The position numbers and the translations under genes were made by a program. Positions 25,208-34,594 of a stretch of DNA of 52,087 bases are shown here, one piece after another. The stretch comes from a virus (taxonomy: Duplodnaviria; Caudoviricetes), in IMG/VR virus record IMGVR_UViG_3300024246_000007, positions 1 to 52,087 of that record; one strand, written 5' to 3'. The notes below the pieces were generated by a model that was given only the letters and a program-made list of their open reading frames with translations, did no database searches and was not told where the DNA came from. The stretch's first letter is position 1. Every line of letters starts with the position of its first letter.

Positions 25208-25528
25208 ATGACTTTAGGAAAACGCATAAAGACCGCCCGCGAGCGCCTGAAACCTCATCTCACTCAGGCCGCCGTCGGAAAGCATTTTGGCGTTTCAGCT
25301 CAAGCTGTTTCGGGTTGGGAACGGGACGACACGGTTCCCGATCTCAATAAGATAGCTCCGCTCGCAAGGCTGCTCCGAGTGCCCGCCATTTGGCTGCTGG
25401 AGGGGGGAAGTCCGGTTCCTGCCCCGGACTCCATAGAAACAACGATCGAGCAGCTCACGCCCTCCCAGCGCGCGATGCTGAACGCTGTTGCCAGGTCGAT
25501 CCTCAAGGAAACTGACGAGGTGGCATAG
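25208..25528 (+). CDS. cI: CI-like XRE repressor without S24 peptidase domain
   Basis: MTLGKRIKTARE...LTQAAVGKHFGVSAQAVSGWE; 106 aa; flanked by operators on both sides. Confidence 0.85.
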   Translation: MTLGKRIKTARERLKPHLTQAAVGKHFGVSAQAVSGWERDDTVPDLNKIAPLARLLRVPAIWLLEGGSPVPAPDSIETTIEQLTPSQRAMLNAVARSILKETDEVA

Positions 25529-25556
25529 TCCGCTTTCGAGCCGGGCATCTTTTTTT
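25528..25556 (+). terminator. Intrinsic terminator after repressor
   Basis: GTCCGCT-TTCG-AGCCGGGC hairpin (one bulge) then ATC and T7. Confidence 0.65.
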
Positions 25557-25567
25557 GGCCAACAGCT

Positions 25568-25604
25568 AAAGCAACGCTTGACAGCCGTATAAAGCCGTGC
25601 TTGA
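25568..25604 (+). promoter_or_regulatory. OL/PL-like region: two operators and TTGACA
   Basis: AAAGC-AAC-GCTTGA (25568) and AAAGC-CGT-GCTTGA (25591); TTGACA at 25578; near-identical inverted copy of the cro promoter region. Confidence 0.85.
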
Positions 25605-25631
25605 GTGCTTCTACCGCAACGGGAGCACGAC

Positions 25632-25907
25632 ATGACCAGCGAAGATCGTTACCTCATCCAAGATATCGCTGAACGCGCCAACGAGATCGGGCTTATCAGC
25701 CGCCGCTCATACTCCATGCTTACCTGCATAATGGACCTGACGGCGGTTCACGAGAGCCAGCCGCTCCGACTAGCCGATCTCCTCGCCGCTGATCAGTTCA
25801 ACTTCGTTCATGATGTTGCTGGCATCGCCCGACACATGAACCGCAACACGGGCAAGCTGGAAAACTTCTTCAGCCCGCGCTTCTCCGACCATCGGAAGGC
25901 TGCGTGA
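25632..25907 (+). CDS. Conserved phage early protein
   Basis: 'MDLTAVH...LRLADLLAADQFNFVHDVAGI.RH...F.PRF'; GGGAG RBS. Confidence 0.65.
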   Translation: MTSEDRYLIQDIAERANEIGLISRRSYSMLTCIMDLTAVHESQPLRLADLLAADQFNFVHDVAGIARHMNRNTGKLENFFSPRFSDHRKAA

Positions 25908-26140
25908 TGTCCATTCCGAGAAAATGCACAGCAGTCGATATCAAGCTCGGTGAGCGGCTGCGCGGCCTGCGCCAGAAGACAGGCTTGAGCCAATCCGATC
26001 TGGGCGCCGCGATCGGCGTCAGCTTCCAGCAGATCCAGAAATACGAAGCCGGCAAAAACCGGGTTGCCGTGAGCACGATGCTTGCGCTCACGGATCATCT
26101 CGGGATTTCCCCTGCTCGGTTTTTGAGGGGGATCGCGTGA
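25904..26140 (+). CDS. XRE-family HTH regulator
   Basis: 'GLSQSDLGAAIGVSFQQIQKYEAGKNRV'. Confidence 0.85.
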   Translation: MMSIPRKCTAVDIKLGERLRGLRQKTGLSQSDLGAAIGVSFQQIQKYEAGKNRVAVSTMLALTDHLGISPARFLRGIA

Positions 26141-26382
26141 TGCAGCAGCTCCGCACCCATCACTTCGACAACGGCGACGTTGTGACAGGTCTCTGCCCGC
26201 ACGGCGAGTTCGGCGCCTATCTTGAGCGACATGATGGCCGAGTGCGCGGCTATGGCCACACGCGCCATGCAGCGATTGCCGATCTGGTTGAATCGCTCGA
26301 GCTGCAGGAGCCGGAGGATTTCGACAGGCAGGCTGCAGCGTTCGATTACGCGCATGATATGCGGAAGAATTGGGAGGCGTGA
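26137..26382 (+). CDS. Hypothetical protein
   Basis: 81 aa, coupled. Confidence 0.55.
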   Translation: MMQQLRTHHFDNGDVVTGLCPHGEFGAYLERHDGRVRGYGHTRHAAIADLVESLELQEPEDFDRQAAAFDYAHDMRKNWEA

Positions 26383-26703
26383 ATGTTCAGAGTTGGGCAG
26401 AAGGTCGTGTGCGTAGACGCTAGTAAGCGAGGCACCCTTGGTTCAGTCAATTATGATCGTCCACAGCTCACGAAAGGTGCTGTTTACACAATCAGAGAAC
26501 TGGATGGTTGTGATGGATATCATGCCGTCAGACTAGTGGAAATTGTCGAGCCTATTCTGGATATATGGATCGATCGCGGACCATCGGAGCCAGCTTGGTA
26601 CTCTGGTCGCTTCCGCCCCATCGTAGAGCGCAAGACTGACATCTCAATCTTCAAGGCAATGCTCACACCGGCCGGGAAGAAGGAGCGCGTCAATGCGCGC
26701 TGA
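26383..26703 (+). CDS. Conserved phage hypothetical protein
   Basis: 'MFRVGQKVVCVD...GAVYTIR...RFRPIVERKTDISIF'. Confidence 0.65.
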   Translation: MFRVGQKVVCVDASKRGTLGSVNYDRPQLTKGAVYTIRELDGCDGYHAVRLVEIVEPILDIWIDRGPSEPAWYSGRFRPIVERKTDISIFKAMLTPAGKKERVNAR

Positions 26704-27124
26704 TAGCCAAACCCGCGCTAATGATCTCCTGGCAATCTGGCAGCTCCAGCGCGAGATGGGCATAAAGCCTGAAGATCGCCGGCTACCAGATGACGGGTTC
26801 GAGCGCGATCTGGCGATTATCCGGCAATGCCTGGAGAGAAAGATATGAGCGATGACTACGCGATCGATCCGGCCACCGTGCTGATCGGATACATTCTGCT
26901 GAATATCGCGCGTTGGGCATTCTATGACGTGGGCGCGATGGTGCTGGCTAAGGTGTTCGGATGACACATCAGGAAGAAAAAGCAGCTATGGCCGTCCGCG
27001 ATCTCATGAGCGCGATAGTTTCGCTCTCTGAATTGCCAGATGAAAATATCGCCATAGAGCATGAAGCAATCGAACTGGCGCACCGGCGCCTGATCAAGAT
27101 TCTGATGCGCGTGGAAGAACCGGC

Positions 27125-27343
27125 ATGACACCCTGCAGAACCTGCGACAACGTCCACAGCACGACGCGCAAGCTGTCATACACGCAGTGGACATGCGTCA
27201 GGTTCCCCAAGGTAGCAGGGCTTAATCCGGTCGACCCAGAAGGCTGGATCGACCCGCCTTACATGCGGTGCGCTGGGATTAATGGGGGGCACTGTCCATT
27301 GTGGACGGCTCGACGCGAAGGACAGCAGGACAACGGCCTATGA
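27125..27343 (+). CDS. Small Cys-rich protein
   Basis: CxxC...C...C...C; coupled to downstream gene. Confidence 0.5.
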   Translation: MTPCRTCDNVHSTTRKLSYTQWTCVRFPKVAGLNPVDPEGWIDPPYMRCAGINGGHCPLWTARREGQQDNGL

Positions 27344-27978
27344 GCTTTTCGGAACAACAAAAGAACGATCTGGCCGCAAAGCTTCCCATGAGCGCCGTCA
27401 AGTCGCGCGATCAGGCTGGCCGGCAGGTCTCCTACGTCGAGGGCTGGCATGTCATTGCCGAGGCCAACCGTATATTCGGGTTCGACAACTGGACACGCGA
27501 AACGCTGGACGTTCGCTGCGTAGCCGAGAAAGACCGCGAGATTGGCAAGGCGAAGCTTCCAGGCTTTGGCGTGACCTACATCTGCAAGGTCCGCATCATC
27601 GTCGGCGGGGTAGCGCGCGAGGGCTGCGGCGCCGGCCATGGCATCGACCGTGACCTTGGGCAGGCTCATGAGAGCGCGATCAAGGAAGCAGAAACGGACG
27701 CGATGAAGCGCGCGTTCATGACCTTCGGTAATCCGTTTGGTCTGGCGCTCTATGATAAGGAGCGCACCAACGTTGCGGATGAAGCGGACGAGAGCCGCCT
27801 GCGGTATGTCTCCGACTGCATGGTCAAGATCGCAAACTTCCCTGACCAGGACCCTCGCATTCTCCCTTGGTGGGACGGCGAAAAGCAGGCCAGACGCGAC
27901 TTCGGATTGACCAGCGATGAGGTCAATAAACTGAAGGAAATGGTAATCGCCAAACTTCCGAAGAAGGCCGCAGCATGA
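27340..27978 (+). CDS. Rad52/Rad22-family (Sak-like) single-strand annealing protein
   Basis: 'SYVEGWHVIAEANRIFGFDNW...REGCGAG...AIKEAETDAMKRA...FGNPFGLALYDK'. Confidence 0.9.
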   Translation: MSFSEQQKNDLAAKLPMSAVKSRDQAGRQVSYVEGWHVIAEANRIFGFDNWTRETLDVRCVAEKDREIGKAKLPGFGVTYICKVRIIVGGVAREGCGAGHGIDRDLGQAHESAIKEAETDAMKRAFMTFGNPFGLALYDKERTNVADEADESRLRYVSDCMVKIANFPDQDPRILPWWDGEKQARRDFGLTSDEVNKLKEMVIAKLPKKAAA

Positions 27979-28493
27979 ACAAGCCATTGGCTATCCGCGC
28001 CGCGTTCGCTGACATGAAGATCGTCAAGACACGCCAAGTCGTGCAGCTCATCCTTGAACTTCCGCTGGCTGATTTCGATCAGGCATATGAGGTGCTCGGC
28101 GGCTTGCCGAATCCAGCGAATGAACGCTGGTTCGGAATTGCTCCGATAAAGGAGGTGATGCCCAATATACAATCAGACCCCGTCCCCACTGATGTGCGGC
28201 CCGAGCCGAAGGACAAGCCGGCTCGGTCCAAGCATGGCGTTCGGCCATGGCGAGACATGCAACCACAAACGCAAGCCGGGATTAGGTGTGATGACCCTGA
28301 GTTTATCGCATTCCTGCGCGAGGAGCGTTCGGATGATTGGCACGAAAGCATGGAGGACGCTGAGGAATGCGTTCGCCTGATTTGTGGTGTTGTCTCGCGC
28401 AAGGATCTCGCGACAGACCATCGAGCGCGAGTGATATGGCACCAGCTTGACGAACAATTCTTGACCAGGAAGGCATTGGAGCGAGCAACGTGA
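27975..28493 (+). CDS. Conserved phage hypothetical protein
   Basis: 'QAGIRCDDPEF..FL...VRLICGVVSRKDL'. Confidence 0.6.
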   Translation: MNKPLAIRAAFADMKIVKTRQVVQLILELPLADFDQAYEVLGGLPNPANERWFGIAPIKEVMPNIQSDPVPTDVRPEPKDKPARSKHGVRPWRDMQPQTQAGIRCDDPEFIAFLREERSDDWHESMEDAEECVRLICGVVSRKDLATDHRARVIWHQLDEQFLTRKALERAT

Positions 28494-28876
28494 ACATGCG
28501 AGGCGAGAAGCGCACCGAGTTTCCACAATCAATTCGCAAGGCTGCGTTTGCCCGCTCCTGCAAGCCTGATGGTATTCCAAAATGCGAGGCGCCAGGCTGC
28601 GGCAAAGTGATCCGCGCCGGCCATCTGATCTTCGAGCATGTACAGCCGGACGGGCTTGGCGGTGAACCGACAATGGAAAACATCGCCGTCTATTGCGACG
28701 TCTGCGCGACGAAGAAGACGTTCGAGGAAGACAACCCGCGCATGGCGAAGGCTGATCGTGTGCTCAAGGCAACGTTCGGAATGAAGCGCAAGGGCCGGCC
28801 AATGCCAGGATCGAAGGCAAGCGGTTTCAAGAAGAAGATGTCTGGCGTTGTCGTCAGGCGTGGATTCTCTCGGTAA
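28490..28876 (+). CDS. HNH endonuclease-like protein
   Basis: CE..GC...EH..P...GG...N....C..C..KT. Confidence 0.75.
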   Translation: MNMRGEKRTEFPQSIRKAAFARSCKPDGIPKCEAPGCGKVIRAGHLIFEHVQPDGLGGEPTMENIAVYCDVCATKKTFEEDNPRMAKADRVLKATFGMKRKGRPMPGSKASGFKKKMSGVVVRRGFSR

Positions 28877-28898
28877 TTTGGGATTTGAGGAAAACATC

Positions 28899-29324
28899 AT
28901 GGGTTGTGACATTCATTTGGTTCTTGAGCAGCGCGACGCCGACCTCGGATGGGTTGGCATTGATACTTTCGCTGGCCATGAGTCCAGTTACGGTAGGGGA
29001 TATAACAGTCCTGCTGCTCGCAGTCGTAACTACAAGCTTTTTGCAGCACTCGCTGGCGTTCGTGGAGACGGTCCCACACCGCGCGGCATCCCTGAGGATG
29101 CGAGCACAACAACGCGCCTCCTTGTGAAGGAATTGGGAAGCGACGGCCATTCTCACTCTTGGCTTCCGCTCATTGACGCAGCACGCGAATGGAATGTCGA
29201 GAGATACACGGCCGAAAAACTCCGCGATGGCTATCAAGAAAAGTTCCCAGAATCGTTCTGGTTCGGGATCGATTCCGAAATGGATCTCTCAAAATATCGC
29301 GTGGTTTTCTGGTTCGACAACTAG
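28899..29324 (+). CDS. Conserved phage hypothetical protein
   Basis: 'MGCDIH...RNYKLFAALAGVRG...PRGIPEDAS...HSHSW...RVVFWFDN'. Confidence 0.7.
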   Translation: MGCDIHLVLEQRDADLGWVGIDTFAGHESSYGRGYNSPAARSRNYKLFAALAGVRGDGPTPRGIPEDASTTTRLLVKELGSDGHSHSWLPLIDAAREWNVERYTAEKLRDGYQEKFPESFWFGIDSEMDLSKYRVVFWFDN

Positions 29325-29330
29325 TTTTAA

Positions 29331-29891
29331 TTGGAAACAAAGGCAAACATCATGGATAAGATTGACGAAGAACTTCGCAACGCCTTTGAGCAGGAGATTG
29401 CCAAGGGTCTGACCGAGAAGGCAATCGAGGGATTGCAAAAGGATCTCCGCAAGGTCGCGGACTCCTTCGAAGACGATTTCATGTGGAACCTGAAGGACAA
29501 CCTCGCCTACAACCTCACTGGTTGGGTCGTCGACATGGCCGAGCGCGCCGTCGAGCAGATGCTTGCCGGCAATGACGACCAGATGCGCCGCTATCTGTCG
29601 TGCGACAAGAGCGGCGAGGATGGCCAGTATATTTGCTTCACCGGCCGCAGCGACGGAGCTTATTTCGGAGCTAGACGCAAAGACCACGAACAGCATCCGG
29701 TCATCCATGGCCGCCTTTTCGAACAAGGCGCCGTCGAATTGCGCAAGAAGGTCGCGCAGGCCAATGAGGCACTGATCCGCGACGAGCGCATTCTCGATTT
29801 GGAAGATCAGGTCAAGTCGCTAGTCGCTCAGGTCAACAAAGCGATCGCCGAGAAAGATGCAATGTGGGAGCGCGTCAGGGCGCTTTCGTAA
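29331..29891 (+). CDS. Coiled-coil hypothetical protein
   Basis: 186 aa ORF; start may be the internal ATG. Confidence 0.55.
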   Translation: METKANIMDKIDEELRNAFEQEIAKGLTEKAIEGLQKDLRKVADSFEDDFMWNLKDNLAYNLTGWVVDMAERAVEQMLAGNDDQMRRYLSCDKSGEDGQYICFTGRSDGAYFGARRKDHEQHPVIHGRLFEQGAVELRKKVAQANEALIRDERILDLEDQVKSLVAQVNKAIAEKDAMWERVRALS

Positions 29892-29910
29892 ATTGGGAAT
29901 TAGCGCTGAA

Positions 29911-30714
29911 ATGAACCCTTACGTGATCCAAGGCCCGGCATTGATCTCGTTCAGCGGCGGTCGCACCTCGGCCTATATGCTGCACGAGATCCTGTGCGCT
30001 CACGATGGCAAATTGCCCGATGATGTGCATGTCACCTTTGCCAACACTGGGAAAGAGCGGGAAGAGACACTTCGATTCGTCCACGACTGCGCCACTCATT
30101 GGAACGTGCGTGTGCGCTGGCTTGAGCGTGCAGATAGCGGTTTCACTGAGGTCGGGTACAACAGCGCCAGCCGAAAAGGCGAGCCGTTCGCGGCCCTTAT
30201 CGCCAAAAAGAAATATACACCGAATGCCGTGACTCGGTTCTGCACGGTCGAACTCAAGATCAGGGTAATGCGCGACTTCGGCCGATCGGTCGGTTTCGAG
30301 ACATGGGACAACGTGATCGGGCTTCGCTATGACGAAGGTTTGCGCGTCATGAAGGCGCTGGCACGCAACGATGAAGCAAAGGAACGATTCCGCGCCTTGA
30401 TGCCTCTGTCGAAAGCCAAGGTCACAAAGCGCGACGTAATGGCTTTCTGGGCCGCCCAGCCATTTGACCTTGGGCTAATGTCTTATGAGGGGAACTGCGA
30501 TCTCTGCTTTCTCAAGTCGAGAGCAAAGCTCGCGGCTATCATGCGCGAGAACCCTGGCATGGCCGATTGGTGGATTGAGCAAGAGAAGGTCGGCAAAGGA
30601 CGGTTTGTCACTGAGTACAGCTACGCCAACCTACTCGACCATACTGAGCGCTCGCCAACTCTATTTGATGATGAGCACGACGTTGAATGCGGGCTGCACT
30701 GTGCAGCCGAATAA
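29911..30714 (+). CDS. PAPS-reductase-family (PP-loop, Fe-S) protein
   Basis: 'SFSGGRTS', 'NTGKE', 'RFCT.ELK', 'GLRYDE..R', 'GNCDLCFLK'. Confidence 0.8.
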   Translation: MNPYVIQGPALISFSGGRTSAYMLHEILCAHDGKLPDDVHVTFANTGKEREETLRFVHDCATHWNVRVRWLERADSGFTEVGYNSASRKGEPFAALIAKKKYTPNAVTRFCTVELKIRVMRDFGRSVGFETWDNVIGLRYDEGLRVMKALARNDEAKERFRALMPLSKAKVTKRDVMAFWAAQPFDLGLMSYEGNCDLCFLKSRAKLAAIMRENPGMADWWIEQEKVGKGRFVTEYSYANLLDHTERSPTLFDDEHDVECGLHCAAE

Positions 30715-30861
30715 TAGCGCTAATGCCCCGGTACAGCGAGGTTGAGCAATGATCTACGTCTTGGCTTTAATCGGAGCGTGGACTGTCGCAGGGTGGTTCA
30801 TGGAGCTTTGGCGAACCCGGAAAGACAAGGGCTATGATGCAAGCAAGTGGGGAGCGCTTTA

Positions 30862-31320
30862 ATGAGTGATCAAAGCGACCTACTCGAAGAACTTCGCCAC
30901 CATGAGCGCGAATATCCCTCTCTGGTCCATGGTCCATTGTGTGGCCGCGCCGCCGACGAGATCGCCAGCATCATCACCCAGGTATCCTATCTAAAAAACG
31001 CTCACGTCTTTGCGTTGACCGAGATCGCCAAGCTCAGAGAAGCAATAATGATTGGAGCCGCAGAAGTCGTCAGCCTCCGCGCCCAGCTTGCGAGCGAACG
31101 CAAGGAAGTTGCTGGCGAAATAGAGCGCCTCCGTCAACTTCTCGACAGGACGACTAGCGAATCCCTACGGGTTCACACGCAGCTTGCGAGCGCGCGGAAG
31201 GCGCTGGATGCAGCAAATGAATATTTCGAAGACGCAGCAACGTCGAGCGCCTATTCGCGCCGCGTGGTCAAAGAGATTCGCGCCGCATATACAACGTTAA
31301 CTGACGAAGAAGGAACATGA
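30862..31320 (+). CDS. Coiled-coil hypothetical protein
   Basis: 'AADEI', internal repeat QLASERK/QLASARK. Confidence 0.55.
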   Translation: MSDQSDLLEELRHHEREYPSLVHGPLCGRAADEIASIITQVSYLKNAHVFALTEIAKLREAIMIGAAEVVSLRAQLASERKEVAGEIERLRQLLDRTTSESLRVHTQLASARKALDAANEYFEDAATSSAYSRRVVKEIRAAYTTLTDEEGT

Positions 31321-31929
31321 GCATGGTGGCTGCGCTCTTTGTCGAGACCAACGGAATCTACTTCGGACTTCCGAACGTAGACCCGTGGGACGTGCGACGG
31401 GATGCGCGGCAATATGCCGGAACGCATCCGGTCGTTGCCCATCCCCCCTGCGATCGCTGGTGCCAGATGGCGCCTGTCAATCAGGCTCGTTATGGTCATC
31501 GGGTTGGAGACGACGGCGGCACGTTTTCCGCGGCGCTGGCGGCTGTGCGGCGCTGGGGCGGCGTGCTCGAGCACCCCGCGGTGTCGCTAGCCTGGGCCGC
31601 TTTCGATCTTCCTCGCCCTCCGAGTTCAGGGGGGATGGGTTCGTGGCTTCTGCGGCGGCTGGTCAGCACACGTCGAGCAGAGGCATTATGGACACCGAGC
31701 ACGCAAGGCGACGTGGCTTTATGCCTTCGGTGTCGAGTTGCCGGATCTGCCATGGGGAAAAGGATCACCCCCGGAGGCATGGATTAGCGCCGATCGACCT
31801 CGAGCCGAGCTCGCCGCGGCCGGCATCGGTCAGTTGAGCAAACGCGAGGCCAAAGCAACCCCGCTTCCGTTTCGGGATCTGCTGATCTCGATGGCTTTAA
31901 CTTCTGCTTACCGAAAGGGCGACGAATGA
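31317..31929 (+). pseudogene. C5-cytosine-methyltransferase-like gene with a one-base frameshift in a G6 run
   Basis: 'VVAHPPC' and 'GGVLEHP' in the first frame; deleting one G at 31629-31634 continues into 'VEQRHYGHRARKATWLY...ATPLPFRDLL', ending at 31929. Confidence 0.7.
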
Positions 31930-32159
31930 GTGAGGTGTTCGATGACCCTGATTTCGTCGAGTCTGAAGAGGTTCAGACCGAGTACGAGCGTGGTCGAGCA
32001 GATGGCATAAGGCATATGCAGTCCATGGCTGATGACGTACTCGCACGAAGTTTAGCCGATGAGCTTGAAATAATGGCGCTGAAGGCTCGCGTCGAAGATC
32101 TGAATCGGCGCCTCGCCTTAAAGACCGCACAAGGAAAGGTAGATTCAAATGGCACCTGA
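31926..32159 (+). CDS. Hypothetical protein
   Basis: 77 aa, ATGA coupling. Confidence 0.5.
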   Translation: MSEVFDDPDFVESEEVQTEYERGRADGIRHMQSMADDVLARSLADELEIMALKARVEDLNRRLALKTAQGKVDSNGT

Positions 32160-32367
32160 CCGCTTCGGCAACAAAGCAATGCTCGACAAGATGGATGAAG
32201 CTGAACCATTTTTCATCCTGCGTGGCCAGGATGCATTTGCAGCTCACTTGGTGTCTCAGTGGGCAGACATGGCCGAGAGCGCTGGAACGTCAGGTGCCAA
32301 AGTCCAGAACGCTCGGCAATGCGCAAGAGCCATGAAGAACTGGATAAAGAAAAAAATTCCAGATTGA
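32149..32367 (+). CDS. Conserved small phage protein
   Basis: 'EPFFILRGQD.FA...V..WA'. Confidence 0.6.
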   Translation: MAPDRFGNKAMLDKMDEAEPFFILRGQDAFAAHLVSQWADMAESAGTSGAKVQNARQCARAMKNWIKKKIPD

Positions 32368-32633
32368 TTTCGTTTCACACCACTTAAGGAAAACGATGAT
32401 GCATTGGCTTTATCGAATTAGATGTTGGTGGCGCGGCTATCACTGCGACTCGCCGGACATAGGCCGTTTTCGATACGACGTCAGTGGCATATGTTACTAT
32501 TGCGGCAAGGTTGGAGATGGGATCAACCACAATGACGATTGAACGCCGCGAGACGATGACGGCAACCATGCAGCCCGATATGTACGACGGACTGCGAGCG
32601 AGTTTTCTTAACGAGTTGAAAAGGAGAGGATCG

Positions 32634-33017
32634 ATGACGGTCAATAACCTTGTACTCCAGATCACCAAAATGACTCCGGCAGAGCAATTTGAACTGGCCT
32701 TCAAGGTTGCCGAGAATATTGGATACGATCTCATTCCGGCGAGGTGCGAGTATTGCGGCTCCGGCCCCTGCGAAAATTGCAGGAATAGCGGCTATGCCGA
32801 TCCCGAAAAGGCAGAGATGTTCTTGGCGGCCATAGAGCTGGCAAAGCTGCCGAGCCCTTGGGTTTTTGCCAAGGGCAGAACGCGGCCAGATGAACCCTTA
32901 TGGGGCGTCCGGCTGACTGATGAGGAAGGCAACATCACCTCGGAAGCAGAATCGGAGCATCCGGCTGATGCAATACGGTTAGCTGTGAGCCGGCATCCGG
33001 TTTTGAATCAGCATTAA
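32634..33017 (+). CDS. Hypothetical protein with CxxC pairs
   Basis: AGGAGAGG RBS before ATG 32634; CEYC/CENC. Confidence 0.5.
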   Translation: MTVNNLVLQITKMTPAEQFELAFKVAENIGYDLIPARCEYCGSGPCENCRNSGYADPEKAEMFLAAIELAKLPSPWVFAKGRTRPDEPLWGVRLTDEEGNITSEAESEHPADAIRLAVSRHPVLNQH

Positions 33018-33038
33018 CCATCGGATAGGGAAAGCCAC

Positions 33039-33245
33039 ATGTCCTTCACTCACTCACGATCTGCCCTCGACATCAAGCTTGAGATCTACGAGGTCGAAGC
33101 CCTGATCGACTGGCATCACGAGAATCAATATCGTTCTGCTGATCGCGCGGAATACCAAGAGGCAGCGAACAGCAAGCAGCGCTCCGACGAGCTTGAGGGC
33201 CAGTTAAAGGCTCACCGCGACGCATTTTCTCTAACCTCGGGTTAG
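33039..33245 (+). CDS. Hypothetical protein
   Basis: 68 aa. Confidence 0.5.
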   Translation: MSFTHSRSALDIKLEIYEVEALIDWHHENQYRSADRAEYQEAANSKQRSDELEGQLKAHRDAFSLTSG

Positions 33246-33249
33246 CGCC

Positions 33250-33534
33250 ATGAGCGAATGGAAACCGATCGAGACGGCACCAAATGGACGCGATGACATG
33301 ATCGACGTCTGGTGCGTTCCGTTTCCTGACGACGATTTTAAACCTGAGCGCGGCGGCATCCGGCTTACCGATGTGTTCTGGTACGCAGAGACGCCGGCCC
33401 CCGGATGGGCGAGGCTGCTTGATGACGGCAACGTCGATTTCGTTGAGCGTCCGCCATCGGTAACCGGAGGGCTTCCTCCGTGGAGGCCGACGCATTGGAT
33501 GAAAATTCCTGACCCTCCGCTAACGAACTGTTAA
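33250..33534 (+). CDS. DUF551-like phage protein
   Basis: 'EWKPIETAP ... PTHWM..P.PP'. Confidence 0.7.
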   Translation: MSEWKPIETAPNGRDDMIDVWCVPFPDDDFKPERGGIRLTDVFWYAETPAPGWARLLDDGNVDFVERPPSVTGGLPPWRPTHWMKIPDPPLTNC

Positions 33535-33538
33535 TGCC

Positions 33539-33718
33539 ATGAAGAAGCGCGAGCGCAAATATCGAATGCTACAGGTCCCGATCGTCCAAGAGGACGCGCG
33601 CTGGAAATGCGAGACGTGCGATTCTCCGACAGAGAACGACGAATCCCGCTGGTGCATTCATTGCCGGATGTACTGGGAAGATTGCCGCAACGGACTTTGG
33701 CAGGACGACATACCATGA
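33539..33718 (+). CDS. 59-aa zinc-finger-like protein (not in ORF track)
   Basis: CETC...CIHC; ATGA overlap with the excisionase-like gene. Confidence 0.45.
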   Translation: MKKRERKYRMLQVPIVQEDARWKCETCDSPTENDESRWCIHCRMYWEDCRNGLWQDDIP

Positions 33719-33954
33719 CCGACACGCTCGACCATGACACCCGCGAAACGCTCTACGTCACCGACGCAGAGCTGATCCGGCGCATGGGCGTGCCGGAGAA
33801 GATCGCGCGCGCGGCGATCCAGGAACTCGACCGGGACCGCGCCTCGGGCTTTCCCCAGAAGAAGAAATTGTGGGGAGATAGGCGTTATTGGCCGGCTGTG
33901 AAGGCTTACCTTGATCGCACGAACGGGCTTAAGGTGGATCGTAACATTTCGTGA
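33715..33954 (+). CDS. Excisionase-like winged-HTH protein
   Basis: 'TDAELIRRMGV...GFPQ...WGDRRYWPAVKAYLD'; near integrase. Confidence 0.65.
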   Translation: MTDTLDHDTRETLYVTDAELIRRMGVPEKIARAAIQELDRDRASGFPQKKKLWGDRRYWPAVKAYLDRTNGLKVDRNIS

Positions 33955-34019
33955 CAATGCGGGACTTGCGTACGCGGATATTGCGTGTATATTGCGTCTA
34001 TCAGCAACGGAGCAAGAAC

Positions 34020-34406
34020 GTGAACCAGTGTAGATTTTGCAGCGCGCGGACCGAACCTCAAGTCAAGTACGGGGTACGCCACTATGCACACTTCAAATGC
34101 TACCTCGATGCAGGCAAGAAGTTGTCGGACCTTCATGCGTGGCAAATCGGAGAATTTCCATTCCGTTTGCTCAAGGAGCGCGGTCTTGAGCAAGAAGCAT
34201 ATGCCGCCCTTGCAGAAGTTGCGCGGGCGAACAAGCCAGTGGCATACTTCAATGTCACAATGGATGCTTTCGATGGCCAGCAGTACGGCATGTTGACGCT
34301 GTGCGTTGAGGCGGACAGTGAGGACGATGCCGCACAGAAAGCCATTAAGCAGGCGGAAGATGATGGAGCCAAGAAGGTCAAACTGATGTTTACGAGGGCC
34401 GCGTGA
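34020..34406 (+). CDS. Hypothetical protein (CxxC...HxxC)
   Basis: GGAG RBS then GTG at 34020; promoter-like TTGCGT-16-TATATT upstream. Confidence 0.5.
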   Translation: MNQCRFCSARTEPQVKYGVRHYAHFKCYLDAGKKLSDLHAWQIGEFPFRLLKERGLEQEAYAALAEVARANKPVAYFNVTMDAFDGQQYGMLTLCVEADSEDDAAQKAIKQAEDDGAKKVKLMFTRAA

Positions 34407-34594
34407 CTCCGACCCAATACAAAGCCGCCATCAAGGCCCTCGGCCTCTCGCAAGAGAGGGCCGGGGTCTGGCTCGGGATCGGCCGGCGCACGTCTCAAGG
34501 ATATGCGATCGGAGAATCTCCCGTTCCCGAACCCGTGGCTAAACTATTGCGTCTTTGCGTGAAGCTGAAGCTTGCCCCGGAGGACGTGAAATGA
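34403..34594 (+). CDS. Small HTH protein
   Basis: 'MTPTQYKAAIKALGLSQERAGVWLGIGRRTSQGYA.G...VPEPVAKLL'. Confidence 0.75.
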   Translation: MTPTQYKAAIKALGLSQERAGVWLGIGRRTSQGYAIGESPVPEPVAKLLRLCVKLKLAPEDVK

